From assembly GCA_021847995.1 (NCBI GenBank), contig JAJZNE010000005.1, positions 10,284 to 42,283 on the forward strand: 32,000 nucleotides of DNA, in the 5' to 3' direction. Each line of letters begins with the position of its first letter. Position 1 is the first letter of the stretch. The translations under genes and the position numbers were made by a program. Shown in pieces: positions 15,997-25,012 of this stretch. The stretch is from Pseudomonadota bacterium (GTDB lineage Bacteria > Pseudomonadota > Alphaproteobacteria > Acetobacterales > Acetobacteraceae). The notes under the pieces were generated by a model. It searched no databases and was not told where the DNA came from. It saw nothing but the letters and a program-made list of their open reading frames with translations.

Positions 15997-17038
15997 CCGC
16001 ATCGCACCGGCCCCGCGCACGGGACACGCGACGCCGGCCGATCACGCCGCCTGCCGGATGCTGCTGCGCAACGGCTCGCGCAGCTTCCTTGCCGCCTCCC
16101 GCCTGCTGCCGGCGCGCGTGCGCGATCCGGCGATCGCACTCTATGCCTTCTGCCGGCTCGCCGACGATGCGATCGACGCCGGCGGCGACGGCGCCGCGCT
16201 GGATGCGCTGAACGACCGGCTGGACCGCGCCTGCGCCGGCCGGCCGGCGCCGATCGCGGCCGATCGCGCCTTTGCCGACGTGATGCGTGAGTTCGCCATT
16301 CCGCGGGCGCTGCCGGCGGCGCTGCTGGAGGGGTTCGCGTGGGATGCCCGCGGCCGGCGCTGCCCCGATCTTGCCGCCCTGCATGAGTATGCAATGCGCG
16401 TCGCCGGCAGCGTCGGCATGATGATGGCGCTGCTGATGGGCGCGCGCGACCCGGTCGCGCTCGCGCGTGCCGCCGATCTCGGCATCGCCATGCAGCTCTC
16501 CAACATCGCCCGCGACGTGGGCGAGGATGCGCGCGCCGGGCGGCTCTATCTGCCGCTCGCCTGGCTCGCCGATGCCGGCATCGACCCCGACATCTGGCTC
16601 GCGCGGCCCGCCTTCACGCCGGCCCTCGGCGCCGTGGTGCGGCGGCTGCTGGCGGAGGCGGCCCGCCTCTATGCCGCCGCCGATGCCGGCATCGCCGCCC
16701 TGCCCCGCACCTGCCGGCCCGGCATCGCCGCTGCCCGGCTGCTCTATGCCGCGATCGGGGAGGAGGTTCTGCGCCGCGGCGGCGACTCGGTCGCCACCCG
16801 CGCGGTGGTGCGGCCGGCCCGCAAACTGGCGCTGCTGTTGCGCGCGACCCTCGCGGCCGGCACCGCCCCGCCGGCGATGGCGGCGCCGCCCCTGCCGGCG
16901 GCGCGCGCCCTGATCGCCGCTGCCGCGGCATCGCCCGCCCATATCCCGACGCCGCGCAGCCTGGAGGAGCGGCTGCTGTGGACCGCGGCCCTGTTCGCCC
17001 GCCTCGACGGACGCGCCGGGGCGGAAGCCGGGCCCTGA
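15980..17038 (+). CDS. crtB: Phytoene synthase
   Basis: DHAACRMLLRNGSRSFLAASRLLPARVRDPAIALYAFCRLADDAIDAG...AMQLSNIARDVGEDARAGRLYLPLAWL. ATG at 15980 preferred because conserved residues precede the alternative ATG at 16058. Confidence 0.93.
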   Translation: MPPPCDRIAPAPRTGHATPADHAACRMLLRNGSRSFLAASRLLPARVRDPAIALYAFCRLADDAIDAGGDGAALDALNDRLDRACAGRPAPIAADRAFADVMREFAIPRALPAALLEGFAWDARGRRCPDLAALHEYAMRVAGSVGMMMALLMGARDPVALARAADLGIAMQLSNIARDVGEDARAGRLYLPLAWLADAGIDPDIWLARPAFTPALGAVVRRLLAEAARLYAAADAGIAALPRTCRPGIAAARLLYAAIGEEVLRRGGDSVATRAVVRPARKLALLLRATLAAGTAPPAMAAPPLPAARALIAAAAASPAHIPTPRSLEERLLWTAALFARLDGRAGAEAGP

Positions 17039-17050
17039 AGGCCGGGCGCC

Positions 17051-17084
17051 GCGGCCGGCGTTCCCGGCCGCTGCCGCGCGGCAG
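17051..17084. terminator. Putative bidirectional terminator region between convergent crtB and crtC
   Basis: GCGGCCGG(17051-17058)-cgttc-CCGGCCGC(17064-17071), followed by palindrome CTGCCGCGCGGCAG (17071-17084). No clear U-tract. Confidence 0.5.
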
Positions 17085-17089
17085 CGCCA

Positions 17090-18013
17090 TCAGCGGCGCA
17101 GGATGCGGAACGGCAGCAGCGCCTGCACCCAGCGCGCCCGGAAGCGATCGAGCGACAGGCTCTCATGCACCGCCGTCGCCGCCGTGCCGAGCAGCGGAGC
17201 GGCGAGAAGCGAACGGGCGTAGAAGGGCGCGTCTTCCAGCGTGCGCAGAAGGCGCGGCGTCCCGTCGGCCCGCAGCGGGCGCGGCAGGCGCCAGCGTGTC
17301 GGCGCCAGCAGGTGCGGCGGCGGCGGCTCGATCACGGCCGCTGCGCCCGCCGCGTCGCAGGCGAGCGCGAGGCTGAGGCTACTGCCATCCCGGCGGGCCA
17401 CGTCATAGAGGATCACGGCACGGCGACCGATGCGCGCGCGGCTCCAGCTCCAGTCCCGGAAATCCGCCTCCAGCGGCGCCGCACCCCAGTTGGCATCGAG
17501 ATAGGCGCTGCCCTGCCAGCGCCAGGCCGGCCGGTCCAGCGCGACCTCGACGCGGCCGAGCGGCGCCACCGGCTGCCAACAGTGCCGTGCCGCCGCATCG
17601 AGTGCGTAGCCGTGCGTGCCGAGGGCGGCGGGGTGGAAGCGCAGCGTGCCGCGGATACGGCCCGGCCACGGCACCGTCCGCTCATCGAGCCGCATCACCA
17701 GCGCATCGCCCTGCCATTCCAGCAGGCTGTCGCCGAGCAGCATCCAGCCCGCCCCGCGGGCGAGCGCGCTGCCGTCGCGTTCGGTGAAGGCCCAGCGCCC
17801 GCCGCGCGCCCCGTACAGCGCCACGTTCAGCGCGCAATGGCGCAGCGGCTCGGCCGGCCCGCGGCGGCGCGCAGCGGCATAGGCGGGGGAGAAGACGCTG
17901 CCGACGAACGCGATAACGGTCAGCGCGAGGGCGCCGTCGTCGCTGATCGCATCGGCGTACCACCAGACATAGCCGTCCGACGGGACCGGCTGATCGAATC
18001 GAGGTCCGCCAGC
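17090..18013 (-). CDS. crtC: Carotenoid 1,2-hydratase; 5' end approximate, no canonical start codon found
   Basis: GPRFDQPVPSDGYVWWYADAISDDGALALTVIAFVGSVFSPAYAAARRRG...HCALNVALYG...YLDANWGAAPLEADFRDWSWSR...DAPFYARSLL...VHESLSLDRFRARWVQALLPFRILRR. The 5' boundary given is only a conserved-region estimate. Confidence 0.85.
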   Translation of the reverse strand, partial: AGGPRFDQPVPSDGYVWWYADAISDDGALALTVIAFVGSVFSPAYAAARRRGPAEPLRHCALNVALYGARGGRWAFTERDGSALARGAGWMLLGDSLLEWQGDALVMRLDERTVPWPGRIRGTLRFHPAALGTHGYALDAAARHCWQPVAPLGRVEVALDRPAWRWQGSAYLDANWGAAPLEADFRDWSWSRARIGRRAVILYDVARRDGSSLSLALACDAAGAAAVIEPPPPHLLAPTRWRLPRPLRADGTPRLLRTLEDAPFYARSLLAAPLLGTAATAVHESLSLDRFRARWVQALLPFRILRR

Positions 18014-19500
18014 ACGCGCGCCGCCGCGAGCCGCCCCGACAGCGCCGCCATCGGCACCCCCGCCCCCGGATGCACGCTGCCCCCCGCGAGATAGAGGCCC
18101 GGCAGCGTCGTCGCCGCCCCCGCCCGGCGGAACGCCGCCATCGTGCCGTGCACCGCCGTGCCGTACAGCGCGCCCCCCGTCGCCGGGAACAGGCACGCGA
18201 ACTCGGCCGGGGTCGTCACCGCCGTCGCCTGCGGGTGCAGAATGAGGCCGCAGTGCTCCAGCCGGGCGACCATCCGCGTCGTGCACTGCGCAATCTCCGC
18301 CTGGGTGAACGGGCGCGCATCGCCGACCGGCGGCGCGTTGATCAGGCACAGCAGCCGCTCCGGCGCCGCCGCCGCTCCGGCCGGCCCGGCATCGTCGCGG
18401 TCCTGGGCACAGACATAGACCGTCGCGTCCGCCGGGATGTCCGCACGCCCGAACAGGGCCGCGAACTCCGCCGCATAGTCGCGGGCGAAGAAGACGTTGT
18501 GGCGGACCAGCGGAAACCCGGTGGTGCCGGCCACCATCGCCCAGGTGACCGCGGACAGCGAGCGCGGCCCGCATGGCGCCGGCACCGAGGCCGCCGCCGC
18601 CGCACCGAAATGCCCGGCGGCAAGGGCCGCCACATCGGCGTTGGCCACCACCGCATCGGCCGCCACCGTGCTGCCGTCCGCCAGCCGGACTCCGGCGACG
18701 CGCCCCCCGGCCACCAGAATCTCCGCCACCGCCGTCCCGCATAGGAGGCGTGCGCCGCGGGCAACGGCAAGGTCGGCGAGGGCGGCGGCGAGGCGGTGCA
18801 TGCCGCCCGCGATACGCCACACCCCCTCCTGCTCGACATGCGCGATCAGCATCAGCATCGCCGACGCGGCGAAGGGAGATGCGCCGCAATAGGTGGCGTA
18901 GCGGCCGAACAACTGGCGCAGGCGCGGATCGGGGAAATGCCGCCCGAGCGCCTGCCACAGCGTGCGCAGCGGCGCGCCGGCCAGCAGCCCGCTCAGCCCC
19001 CCCGGACCGACCCGGCGCACCAGCGCGGCCGGACCGGCCAGCGGCGCGACCATGAAGCCGTCGCGCAGCACCGCATGCACGCGCGCCGCGCGCCGGCGGA
19101 AATCACGATAGCCGCGCGCCGCCGCGGCCCCCGCGAACGCGCCGATCGCCGCCTCGCTGCGACGCGGATCGGCGTAGAGGTCGAGCCGCTCCCCGGCCGA
19201 CCAGGCGTGGCGTGCCAGCACCTCCAGTCTGTGCAGCCCGACCTGGGCCGCGAAATCCGCCCCCGCCTCGGCGAACAGCGCATCGAACACCCAGCGCATG
19301 GTAAACACGGTCGGTCCGGCATCGACGGCATGGCCGGCCACCTCCAGGGTGCGCAGCTTGCCGCCGTATGTCGCGGCGCGCTCCAGCACTGTCACCTCCA
19401 GCCCGCGCGCGGCCAGCAGCAGCGCCGCGGCGAGACCGCCGATGCCGGCACCGATCACGGCCACCCCCGCGGTACTGCCCCGTCCGTCCATTCGCCCCAT
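17920..19500 (-). CDS. crtD: 1-hydroxycarotenoid 3,4-desaturase (methoxyneurosporene dehydrogenase)
   Basis: VAVIGAGIGGLAAALLLAARGLEVTVLERAATYGGKLRTLEVAGHAVDAGPTVFTMRWVFDALF...LYLAGGSVHPGAGVPMAALSGRLAAARVLAD. CrtI-like family; adjacency to crtC supports crtD. Confidence 0.92.
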   Translation of the reverse strand: MGRMDGRGSTAGVAVIGAGIGGLAAALLLAARGLEVTVLERAATYGGKLRTLEVAGHAVDAGPTVFTMRWVFDALFAEAGADFAAQVGLHRLEVLARHAWSAGERLDLYADPRRSEAAIGAFAGAAAARGYRDFRRRAARVHAVLRDGFMVAPLAGPAALVRRVGPGGLSGLLAGAPLRTLWQALGRHFPDPRLRQLFGRYATYCGASPFAASAMLMLIAHVEQEGVWRIAGGMHRLAAALADLAVARGARLLCGTAVAEILVAGGRVAGVRLADGSTVAADAVVANADVAALAAGHFGAAAAASVPAPCGPRSLSAVTWAMVAGTTGFPLVRHNVFFARDYAAEFAALFGRADIPADATVYVCAQDRDDAGPAGAAAAPERLLCLINAPPVGDARPFTQAEIAQCTTRMVARLEHCGLILHPQATAVTTPAEFACLFPATGGALYGTAVHGTMAAFRRAGAATTLPGLYLAGGSVHPGAGVPMAALSGRLAAARVLADLDSISRSRRTAMSGGTPMRSATTAPSR

Positions 19501-19518
19501 AGAAAAACAGTTGACGCC

Positions 19519-19540
19519 ACTGTCAGTATGATCTGACAGT
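19519..19540. promoter_or_regulatory. Putative PpsR/CrtJ operator between divergent crtD and crtE
   Basis: ACTGTCAG-tatgat-CTGACAGT, a perfect 8-bp inverted repeat containing TGTCA-N8-TGACA (19521-19538), i.e. an exact TGT-N12-ACA. Confidence 0.85.
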
Positions 19541-19587
19541 CAGGACCGACAAGCAAGCCTTACGTTCACCCTGCACGGAGGCGTCCC

Positions 19588-20451
19588 ATGGACATCATGA
19601 CGCGGATCGAGCGCCGTCTCGCCGCCGCCCTTGCCCCCGCCGATGACGGGCCGCCGCTGCTCGCCGCGGCGATGCGGCATGCGGTGTTTCCGCGCGGTGC
19701 GCGGCTGCGTCCGCGCCTTTGCCTCGCCGTCGCCGCCGCCTGCGCCGAGGACGCCCCCGCCGTCGCCGACGCCGCCGCCGCCGCGATCGAACTGTTGCAT
19801 TGCGCCTCGCTCGTGCATGACGACCTGCCCTGCTTCGACGACGCTGCGACGCGGCGCGGCCGGCCGACGGTGCAGTGCGCGTTCGGCGCGCCGCTGGCGG
19901 TGCTGGCGGGCGATGCGTTGATCGTGCTGGCGTTCCAGGTGCTGGGGGAGGGGGCGGCGCGGCGGCCGCAACGGCTGCCGACGCTGCTCGCCATCATCAC
20001 CGCCGCCACCGGCGCGCCCGCCGGCATCGCCGCCGGCCAGGCCTGGGAATGCGAGAAGCAGCCCGATCTCGGCCGCTACCAGCGCGCCAAGACCGGCGCC
20101 CTGTTTGCCGCCGCGACGCTGGCCGGCGCCGCCGCCGCCGGCGCACCCGCCGAACCCTGGCGCGCCCTCGGCGAGCGGCTCGGCGAAGCCTACCAGGTGG
20201 CCGACGACATCGCCGACGCGATGGCAACGCCCGAGACGCTCGGCAAGCCGGTGGGGCAGGATGCAGCGCTTGGCCGGCCCAACGCGGTCGCGGCCTTCGG
20301 GCTGGAGGGTGCCCTCTCGCATCTCGATGCGCTGGCCGAAGCTGCGGTCGCGGCGATCCCGCCGTGCCGCGGCGCCGCGGCGCTGCGCGCGCTGACGCTC
20401 CAGGAATCGCGCCGGCTGCTGCCCATCGGGCTGACCCGGCGCGTCGCCTGA
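19588..20451 (+). CDS. crtE: Geranylgeranyl diphosphate synthase
   Basis: CASLVHDDLPCFDDAATRRGRPTVQ (first Asp-rich motif) and GEAYQVADDIADAM (second). Shine-Dalgarno-like GGAGG upstream. Confidence 0.94.
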   Translation: MDIMTRIERRLAAALAPADDGPPLLAAAMRHAVFPRGARLRPRLCLAVAAACAEDAPAVADAAAAAIELLHCASLVHDDLPCFDDAATRRGRPTVQCAFGAPLAVLAGDALIVLAFQVLGEGAARRPQRLPTLLAIITAATGAPAGIAAGQAWECEKQPDLGRYQRAKTGALFAAATLAGAAAAGAPAEPWRALGERLGEAYQVADDIADAMATPETLGKPVGQDAALGRPNAVAAFGLEGALSHLDALAEAAVAAIPPCRGAAALRALTLQESRRLLPIGLTRRVA

Positions 20452-20464
20452 ACGCCGGCCGGTG

Positions 20465-21556
20465 ATGCCACCGCGCGGCGGCCTGGCGGAGTTGCGCGAC
20501 CGGCTTCTGACCAGTCCGCGGTTCCATCGCTGGGCGGCGGCGGTGCCGCTGCTGCGTCCGGTGGCGCGGCGACGCGCCGGCGACCTGTTCGACCTCGTGG
20601 CCGGCTTTGCCTATTCGCAGGTTCTGGCGGCCGGCGTGCAGCTCGGCTTGTTCCGCCGCCTCGCCGCCCGGCCGGCGACGCTCACGGAACTGGCCGGCGA
20701 CCTCGGCCTGTCCGGGGACGCCACCGCACGGCTGCTCGATGCCGCGGTGGCGCTGCGCCTCGCCGACCGGCGCCGCGGCGGAGGCTACGGCATCGGGCCG
20801 CTCGGCGCGGCGCTCATCGCCGAGCCGGGCATCACTGCCATGATCGAGCATCATGCCATGCTCTATGACGATCTGCGCGACCCGGTGGCGCTGCTGCGCG
20901 GCGCCGCCCCGCCCGGCCGCCTCGCCGCCTTCTGGGCCTATCGCGATCCCGCTGCCGACGCCGGCCCCTACACGGCGCTGATGGCGGCGTCGCAGCCGAT
21001 GATCGCGGCCCAGGTGCTGGCCGCCTGCCGCCTGCACCGGTTCCGCTGCCTGCTCGATCTCGGCGGCGGCGACGGCAGTTTCGCGGTCGCAGCGGCGGCA
21101 GCCGCACGCCGGCTGCACGTGATCGTGTTCGACCGTCCGGCGGTCGCGGCGCAGGCCGCATCCCGCTTCGCCGCGGCCGGGCTGGGGGCGCGGGCACGTG
21201 CGGTCGGGGGCGACTTCCTCGCCGACGCGCTGCCGGCCGGCGCTGATATCGTCAGCCTGGTCCGGGTCATCCACGACCACGACGATGCCGCCGCGCGTGC
21301 CATCCTGGCCGCCGCTCACCGCGCCCTGCCGCCGGGCGGCACGCTGCTGCTCGCCGAGCCGATGGCCGGCACCCCAGCCACGGCGGCGATGGCCGACGCC
21401 TATTTCGGCTTCTACCTGCTGGCGATGCGGAGCGGCCGGCCGCGTACCCCGGCCGCACTCGCCGCCCTGCTGCGCGAGACGGGCTTCGCCCGTCCCCGCC
21501 TGCGCCCGACGCGCCTGCCGCTGCTGGCGCAGGTCATGCTCGCCGGGCGTCTGTAA
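20465..21556 (+). CDS. crtF: Carotenoid O-methyltransferase (hydroxyneurosporene/demethylspheroidene type)
   Basis: LRDRLLTSPRFHRWAAAVPLLRPVARRRAGDLFDLVAGFAYSQVLAAGVQLGLFRRLA...LLDLGGGDGSFAVAAAAAARRLHVIVFDRPAVAAQA...RVIHDHDDAAARAIL. Alternative GTG start at 20462. Confidence 0.92.
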   Translation: MPPRGGLAELRDRLLTSPRFHRWAAAVPLLRPVARRRAGDLFDLVAGFAYSQVLAAGVQLGLFRRLAARPATLTELAGDLGLSGDATARLLDAAVALRLADRRRGGGYGIGPLGAALIAEPGITAMIEHHAMLYDDLRDPVALLRGAAPPGRLAAFWAYRDPAADAGPYTALMAASQPMIAAQVLAACRLHRFRCLLDLGGGDGSFAVAAAAAARRLHVIVFDRPAVAAQAASRFAAAGLGARARAVGGDFLADALPAGADIVSLVRVIHDHDDAAARAILAAAHRALPPGGTLLLAEPMAGTPATAAMADAYFGFYLLAMRSGRPRTPAALAALLRETGFARPRLRPTRLPLLAQVMLAGRL

Positions 21557-21595
21557 GATTTGCTTGACAGCCCCAAGAGTCAGTCTAGGCTGACA
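21552..21595. promoter_or_regulatory. Tandem putative PpsR/CrtJ operators and sigma70-type promoter upstream of bchC
   Basis: Site 1 TGTAAGATTTGCTTGACA (21552-21569), exact TGT-N12-ACA. Site 2 AGTCAGTCTAGGCTGACA (21578-21595), one mismatch. Gap 8 bp. Promoter TTGACA (21564-21569)-N16-TAGGCT (21586-21591). Confidence 0.85.
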
Positions 21596-21637
21596 CTCGA
21601 CGCGCCGCACCGAAGCGGACGGGAGGATCGGTCAGGA

Positions 21638-22579
21638 ATGCATGCCGTCGCCGTCGTACTGGAACAGCCCGAGCGACTGGCCCTGAGCCGGCTCGATCTG
21701 ACCGCGCCGGGTCCGGCCGATGTCGTGGTCGAGACCGCCTGGAGCGGCATCAGTGCCGGCACCGAGCGGCTGTTGTGGTCGGGCCGCATGCCGCCCTTCC
21801 CGGGCCTCGCCTATCCGCTGGTGCCCGGCTACGAGGCGGTCGGGCGCATCGTCGCGGCCGGCCCCGACTCGGGCCGCCGCCCCGGCAGTTTCGTCTTCGT
21901 CCCGGGTGCCCGCTGCTTCGGCCCGGTGCCGGGCCTGTTCGGCGCCGCCGCCTCCTGCCTCATCGTGCCGGGCGCTCGCACGGTGCCACTCGACCCGGCG
22001 GTCGGGGAGCGTGGCGTGCTGCTGGCGCTCGGCGCCACCGCCTGGCACGCGATCGCGGCCCCGCTCGCCGCCCTGCCCGATCTGATCGTCGGGCATGGCG
22101 TGCTCGGCCGGCTGCTGGCGCGGCTGGTGCTGCTCCAGGGCGGCGCCGCGCCGGTGGTATGGGAAACCAACCCGACGCGCATGGCAGGCGCCACCGGCTA
22201 TCGCGTCTGCCTGCCCGATGACGATCCACGACACGACTACCGCGTGATCTGCGACGCGAGCGGCGATGCCGGCCTGCTCGACGCCCTGATCGGCCGCCTC
22301 GCCGCGGGCGGGGAGATCGTGCTGGCCGGATTCTATGCCGAGCGCCTCGGCTTCGCCTTCCCGCCCGCCTTCCTGCGCGAGGCGCGCCTGCGCATCGCCG
22401 CCCAGTGGCAGCCGGGCGACATGCAGGCGGTGCGCGCGCTGATCGACGACGGCCGGCTCGATCTCGACGGCCTCGTGACCCATCGCCGCCGCGCCGCCGA
22501 GGCCGCGGACGCCTACCGCACCGCCTTCGCCGATCCCGCCTGCCTGAAAATGGTCATCGACTGGAGAGCGCACGCATGA
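21638..22579 (+). CDS. bchC: Bacteriochlorophyllide a dehydrogenase
   Basis: [72 protein letters not shown]...[15 protein letters not shown]. Sits between crtF and bchX. Confidence 0.94.
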   Translation: MHAVAVVLEQPERLALSRLDLTAPGPADVVVETAWSGISAGTERLLWSGRMPPFPGLAYPLVPGYEAVGRIVAAGPDSGRRPGSFVFVPGARCFGPVPGLFGAAASCLIVPGARTVPLDPAVGERGVLLALGATAWHAIAAPLAALPDLIVGHGVLGRLLARLVLLQGGAAPVVWETNPTRMAGATGYRVCLPDDDPRHDYRVICDASGDAGLLDALIGRLAAGGEIVLAGFYAERLGFAFPPAFLREARLRIAAQWQPGDMQAVRALIDDGRLDLDGLVTHRRRAAEAADAYRTAFADPACLKMVIDWRAHA

Positions 22580-23517
22580 ACGCCATCGCCGACATCCCGT
22601 CGCACGGCGCCACCCCGACGCAGATCATCGCGATCTATGGCAAGGGCGGCATCGGCAAGAGCTTCACGCTCGCCAACCTCTCCTACATGATGGCGCAGCA
22701 GGGCAAGCGCGTGCTGCTGATCGGCTGCGACCCGAAAAGCGACACCACCGCGCTGCTGTTCGGCGGACGTAGCTGCCCGACCATCATCGAGACCTCCTCG
22801 CGCAGGAAGGCGGCGGGGGAGACAGTGAAGATCGGCGACGTGTGCTTCAAGCGCGACGGCGTGTTCGCGATGGAGCTGGGCGGGCCGGAGGTCGGGCGCG
22901 GCTGCGGCGGTCGCGGCATCATCCACGGCTTCGAACTGCTGGAGAAGCTCGGCTTCCATCAGTGGGGCTTCGACTACGTGCTGCTCGACTTCCTCGGCGA
23001 CGTGGTGTGCGGCGGCTTCGGCCTGCCGATCGCGCGCGACATGTGCCAGAAGGTCATCGTGGTCGGCTCCAACGACCTGCAATCGCTCTACGTCGCCAAC
23101 AACGTGTGCTCGGCGGTCGAATATTTCCGCCGGCTCGGCGGCAATGTCGGCGTCGCCGGCCTCGTCATCAACAAGGACGACGGCACCGGCGAGGCGCAGG
23201 CGTTTGCCGCCGCCGCCTCCATCCCGGTGCTCGCCGCCATCCCCGCCGATGACGACATCCGGCGCAAGAGCGCGAGCTACGAGATCGTCGGCCAGCCAGG
23301 CGGACGCTGGGGCGCGCTGTTCGAGGCGCTCGGCGCTGCGGTCGCCGAGGCGCCGCCGCTGCGCCCGACGCCGCTGAGCCAGGCGGATCTGCTCGGCCTG
23401 TTCAAGGGCGATGCCGTCGGCCGCGGCGTCGTGCTCGATCCGGCGACCGAGGAGGATATGTGCGCGGCCGTCCCGCTCGTGCGTCCCTCGCTCGAAGTGA
23501 TCTACGAGGGCGCGTGA
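22576..23517 (+). CDS. bchX: Chlorophyllide a reductase iron protein subunit X
   Basis: [50 protein letters not shown]...[26 protein letters not shown]. Confidence 0.96.
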   Translation: MNAIADIPSHGATPTQIIAIYGKGGIGKSFTLANLSYMMAQQGKRVLLIGCDPKSDTTALLFGGRSCPTIIETSSRRKAAGETVKIGDVCFKRDGVFAMELGGPEVGRGCGGRGIIHGFELLEKLGFHQWGFDYVLLDFLGDVVCGGFGLPIARDMCQKVIVVGSNDLQSLYVANNVCSAVEYFRRLGGNVGVAGLVINKDDGTGEAQAFAAAASIPVLAAIPADDDIRRKSASYEIVGQPGGRWGALFEALGAAVAEAPPLRPTPLSQADLLGLFKGDAVGRGVVLDPATEEDMCAAVPLVRPSLEVIYEGA

Positions 23518-23519
23518 GC

Positions 23520-25010
23520 ATGGACGCCCTTCCCGACACCGGCGGCTGCCACGGCGGGCGCGACACGCTTCAGGCCGCGGCCCGTGCCGCCGGCAAGAAC
23601 GAGACGATGGACCGCCTGCTCGCCGATTATCCGCGCGGGCCGCACGATCAGCCGCAATCGATGTGCCCGGCCTTCGGGGCGCTGCGCGTCGGCCTGCGCA
23701 TGCGCCGCACCGCAACCATCCTCTCCGGCTCGGCGTGCTGCGTCTACGGCCTCACCTTCACCTCGCATTTCTACGGCGCCCGCCGCACCGTCGGCTATGT
23801 GCCGTTCAACTCCGAGACGCTGGTGCGCGGCCAGCTTTACGAGGACATCCGCAACGCCGTCGTGGCGACGGCGCGGCCCGACGAGTATGACGCTGTCGTC
23901 GTCATCAATCTCTGCGTGCCGACCGCTTCCGGCGTGCCGCTCGACCGGCTGCCGCGCGCGATCGACGGCGTGCGCGTGATCGGCATCGACGTGCCCGGCT
24001 TCGGCGTGCCGACGCATGCCGAGGCGAAGGACGTGCTGGCCGGCGCCATGCTGCGCTACGCCCATGCCGAGGCCGCCGCCGGTCCGGTGCCGCGCCCGCG
24101 CGACATGGCCGGCGAAGCGCGCAGCATCGCCCTGATCGGCGAGCTGTTTCCCGCCGATCCGATCGGCATCGGCGCGCTGCTGGCGCCGATGGACCTCGTG
24201 GTCGCACCCGCGACGCCGGCGCGCGAATGGCGCGATCTCTACGGCGCGCTCGGCTGCACCGCCGCCGCCGCCGTCCATCCCCACTACACCGCCGCGGTGC
24301 GCGTCTTCCGCGACGCCGGGCGCAAGGTGGTCGGGTCCGGCCCGGTCGGCAGCGAGGGCACCGACGCCTGGCTCGCCGCGATCGGCGCCGCCGCCGAGGT
24401 GCCGGCGGCCAGGATCGCGGCGGCGCGGGAACGTGCGCGCGCCGCGGTCGGCGCGGCGCTGGCGGCGAACCCGATCGCCGCGCGCATCACCGTCTCCGGC
24501 TACGAAGGCTCGGAACTGCTGGTCGCACGCCTGCTGGTCGAAGCGGGGGCGGAAGTGCCCTATGTCGGCACCGCCTGCCCGCGCACGGAATGGAGCGAGC
24601 CGGATCGCGCCTGGCTCGCCGCGCACGGCACGCATGTCCAGTACCGCGCCGCGCTGGAACAGGATCTCGCCGCGATGCGCGAGGTGCGGCCCGATCTCGC
24701 CCTCGGCACCACGCCGCTGGTGCAGAAGGCCAAGGAACTCGGCATTCCCGCCCTCTATTTCACCAACATCGTCTCCGCCCGGCCGCTGTTCGGCGCCCCC
24801 GGCGCGGCGGCGCTCGCCGGCATCGTCGCGGCGCAGACGAGCGGGCGGGAGCGGTTCGCGCGCATGGTGTCGTTCTTCGGCTCGGTCGGCGCCGGCGAAG
24901 CTGCCGGCTACGGCTTCGATGGCGTGCCGCAGGAGCCGCCGGGCCTGCGCGAGCGCATGCGGCGCGCCCGCGCCGCACAGGCGAAAGCCGCCGAAGCAGT
25001 GGGAACCTAG
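23520..25010 (+). CDS. bchY: Chlorophyllide a reductase subunit Y
   Basis: [71 protein letters not shown]. Confidence 0.95.
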   Translation: MDALPDTGGCHGGRDTLQAAARAAGKNETMDRLLADYPRGPHDQPQSMCPAFGALRVGLRMRRTATILSGSACCVYGLTFTSHFYGARRTVGYVPFNSETLVRGQLYEDIRNAVVATARPDEYDAVVVINLCVPTASGVPLDRLPRAIDGVRVIGIDVPGFGVPTHAEAKDVLAGAMLRYAHAEAAAGPVPRPRDMAGEARSIALIGELFPADPIGIGALLAPMDLVVAPATPAREWRDLYGALGCTAAAAVHPHYTAAVRVFRDAGRKVVGSGPVGSEGTDAWLAAIGAAAEVPAARIAAARERARAAVGAALAANPIAARITVSGYEGSELLVARLLVEAGAEVPYVGTACPRTEWSEPDRAWLAAHGTHVQYRAALEQDLAAMREVRPDLALGTTPLVQKAKELGIPALYFTNIVSARPLFGAPGAAALAGIVAAQTSGRERFARMVSFFGSVGAGEAAGYGFDGVPQEPPGLRERMRRARAAQAKAAEAVGT

Positions 25011-25012
25011 CC

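Noticed and set aside
14431-16020. 529-aa minus-strand ORF antisense to crtI
   Set aside because: GC-driven shadow ORF; the plus strand encodes full-length CrtI with conserved motifs.
17090-18958. 622-aa reading of the crtC frame extending under crtD
   Set aside because: Only the C-terminal ~310 aa resemble CrtC; the upstream part is the shifted frame of crtD and is Gly/Arg-rich noise.
19997-21610. 537-aa minus-strand ORF antisense to crtE-crtF, crossing into the bchC promoter
   Set aside because: Spans two real genes and their regulatory gap; repetitive Arg/Gly/Ala composition.
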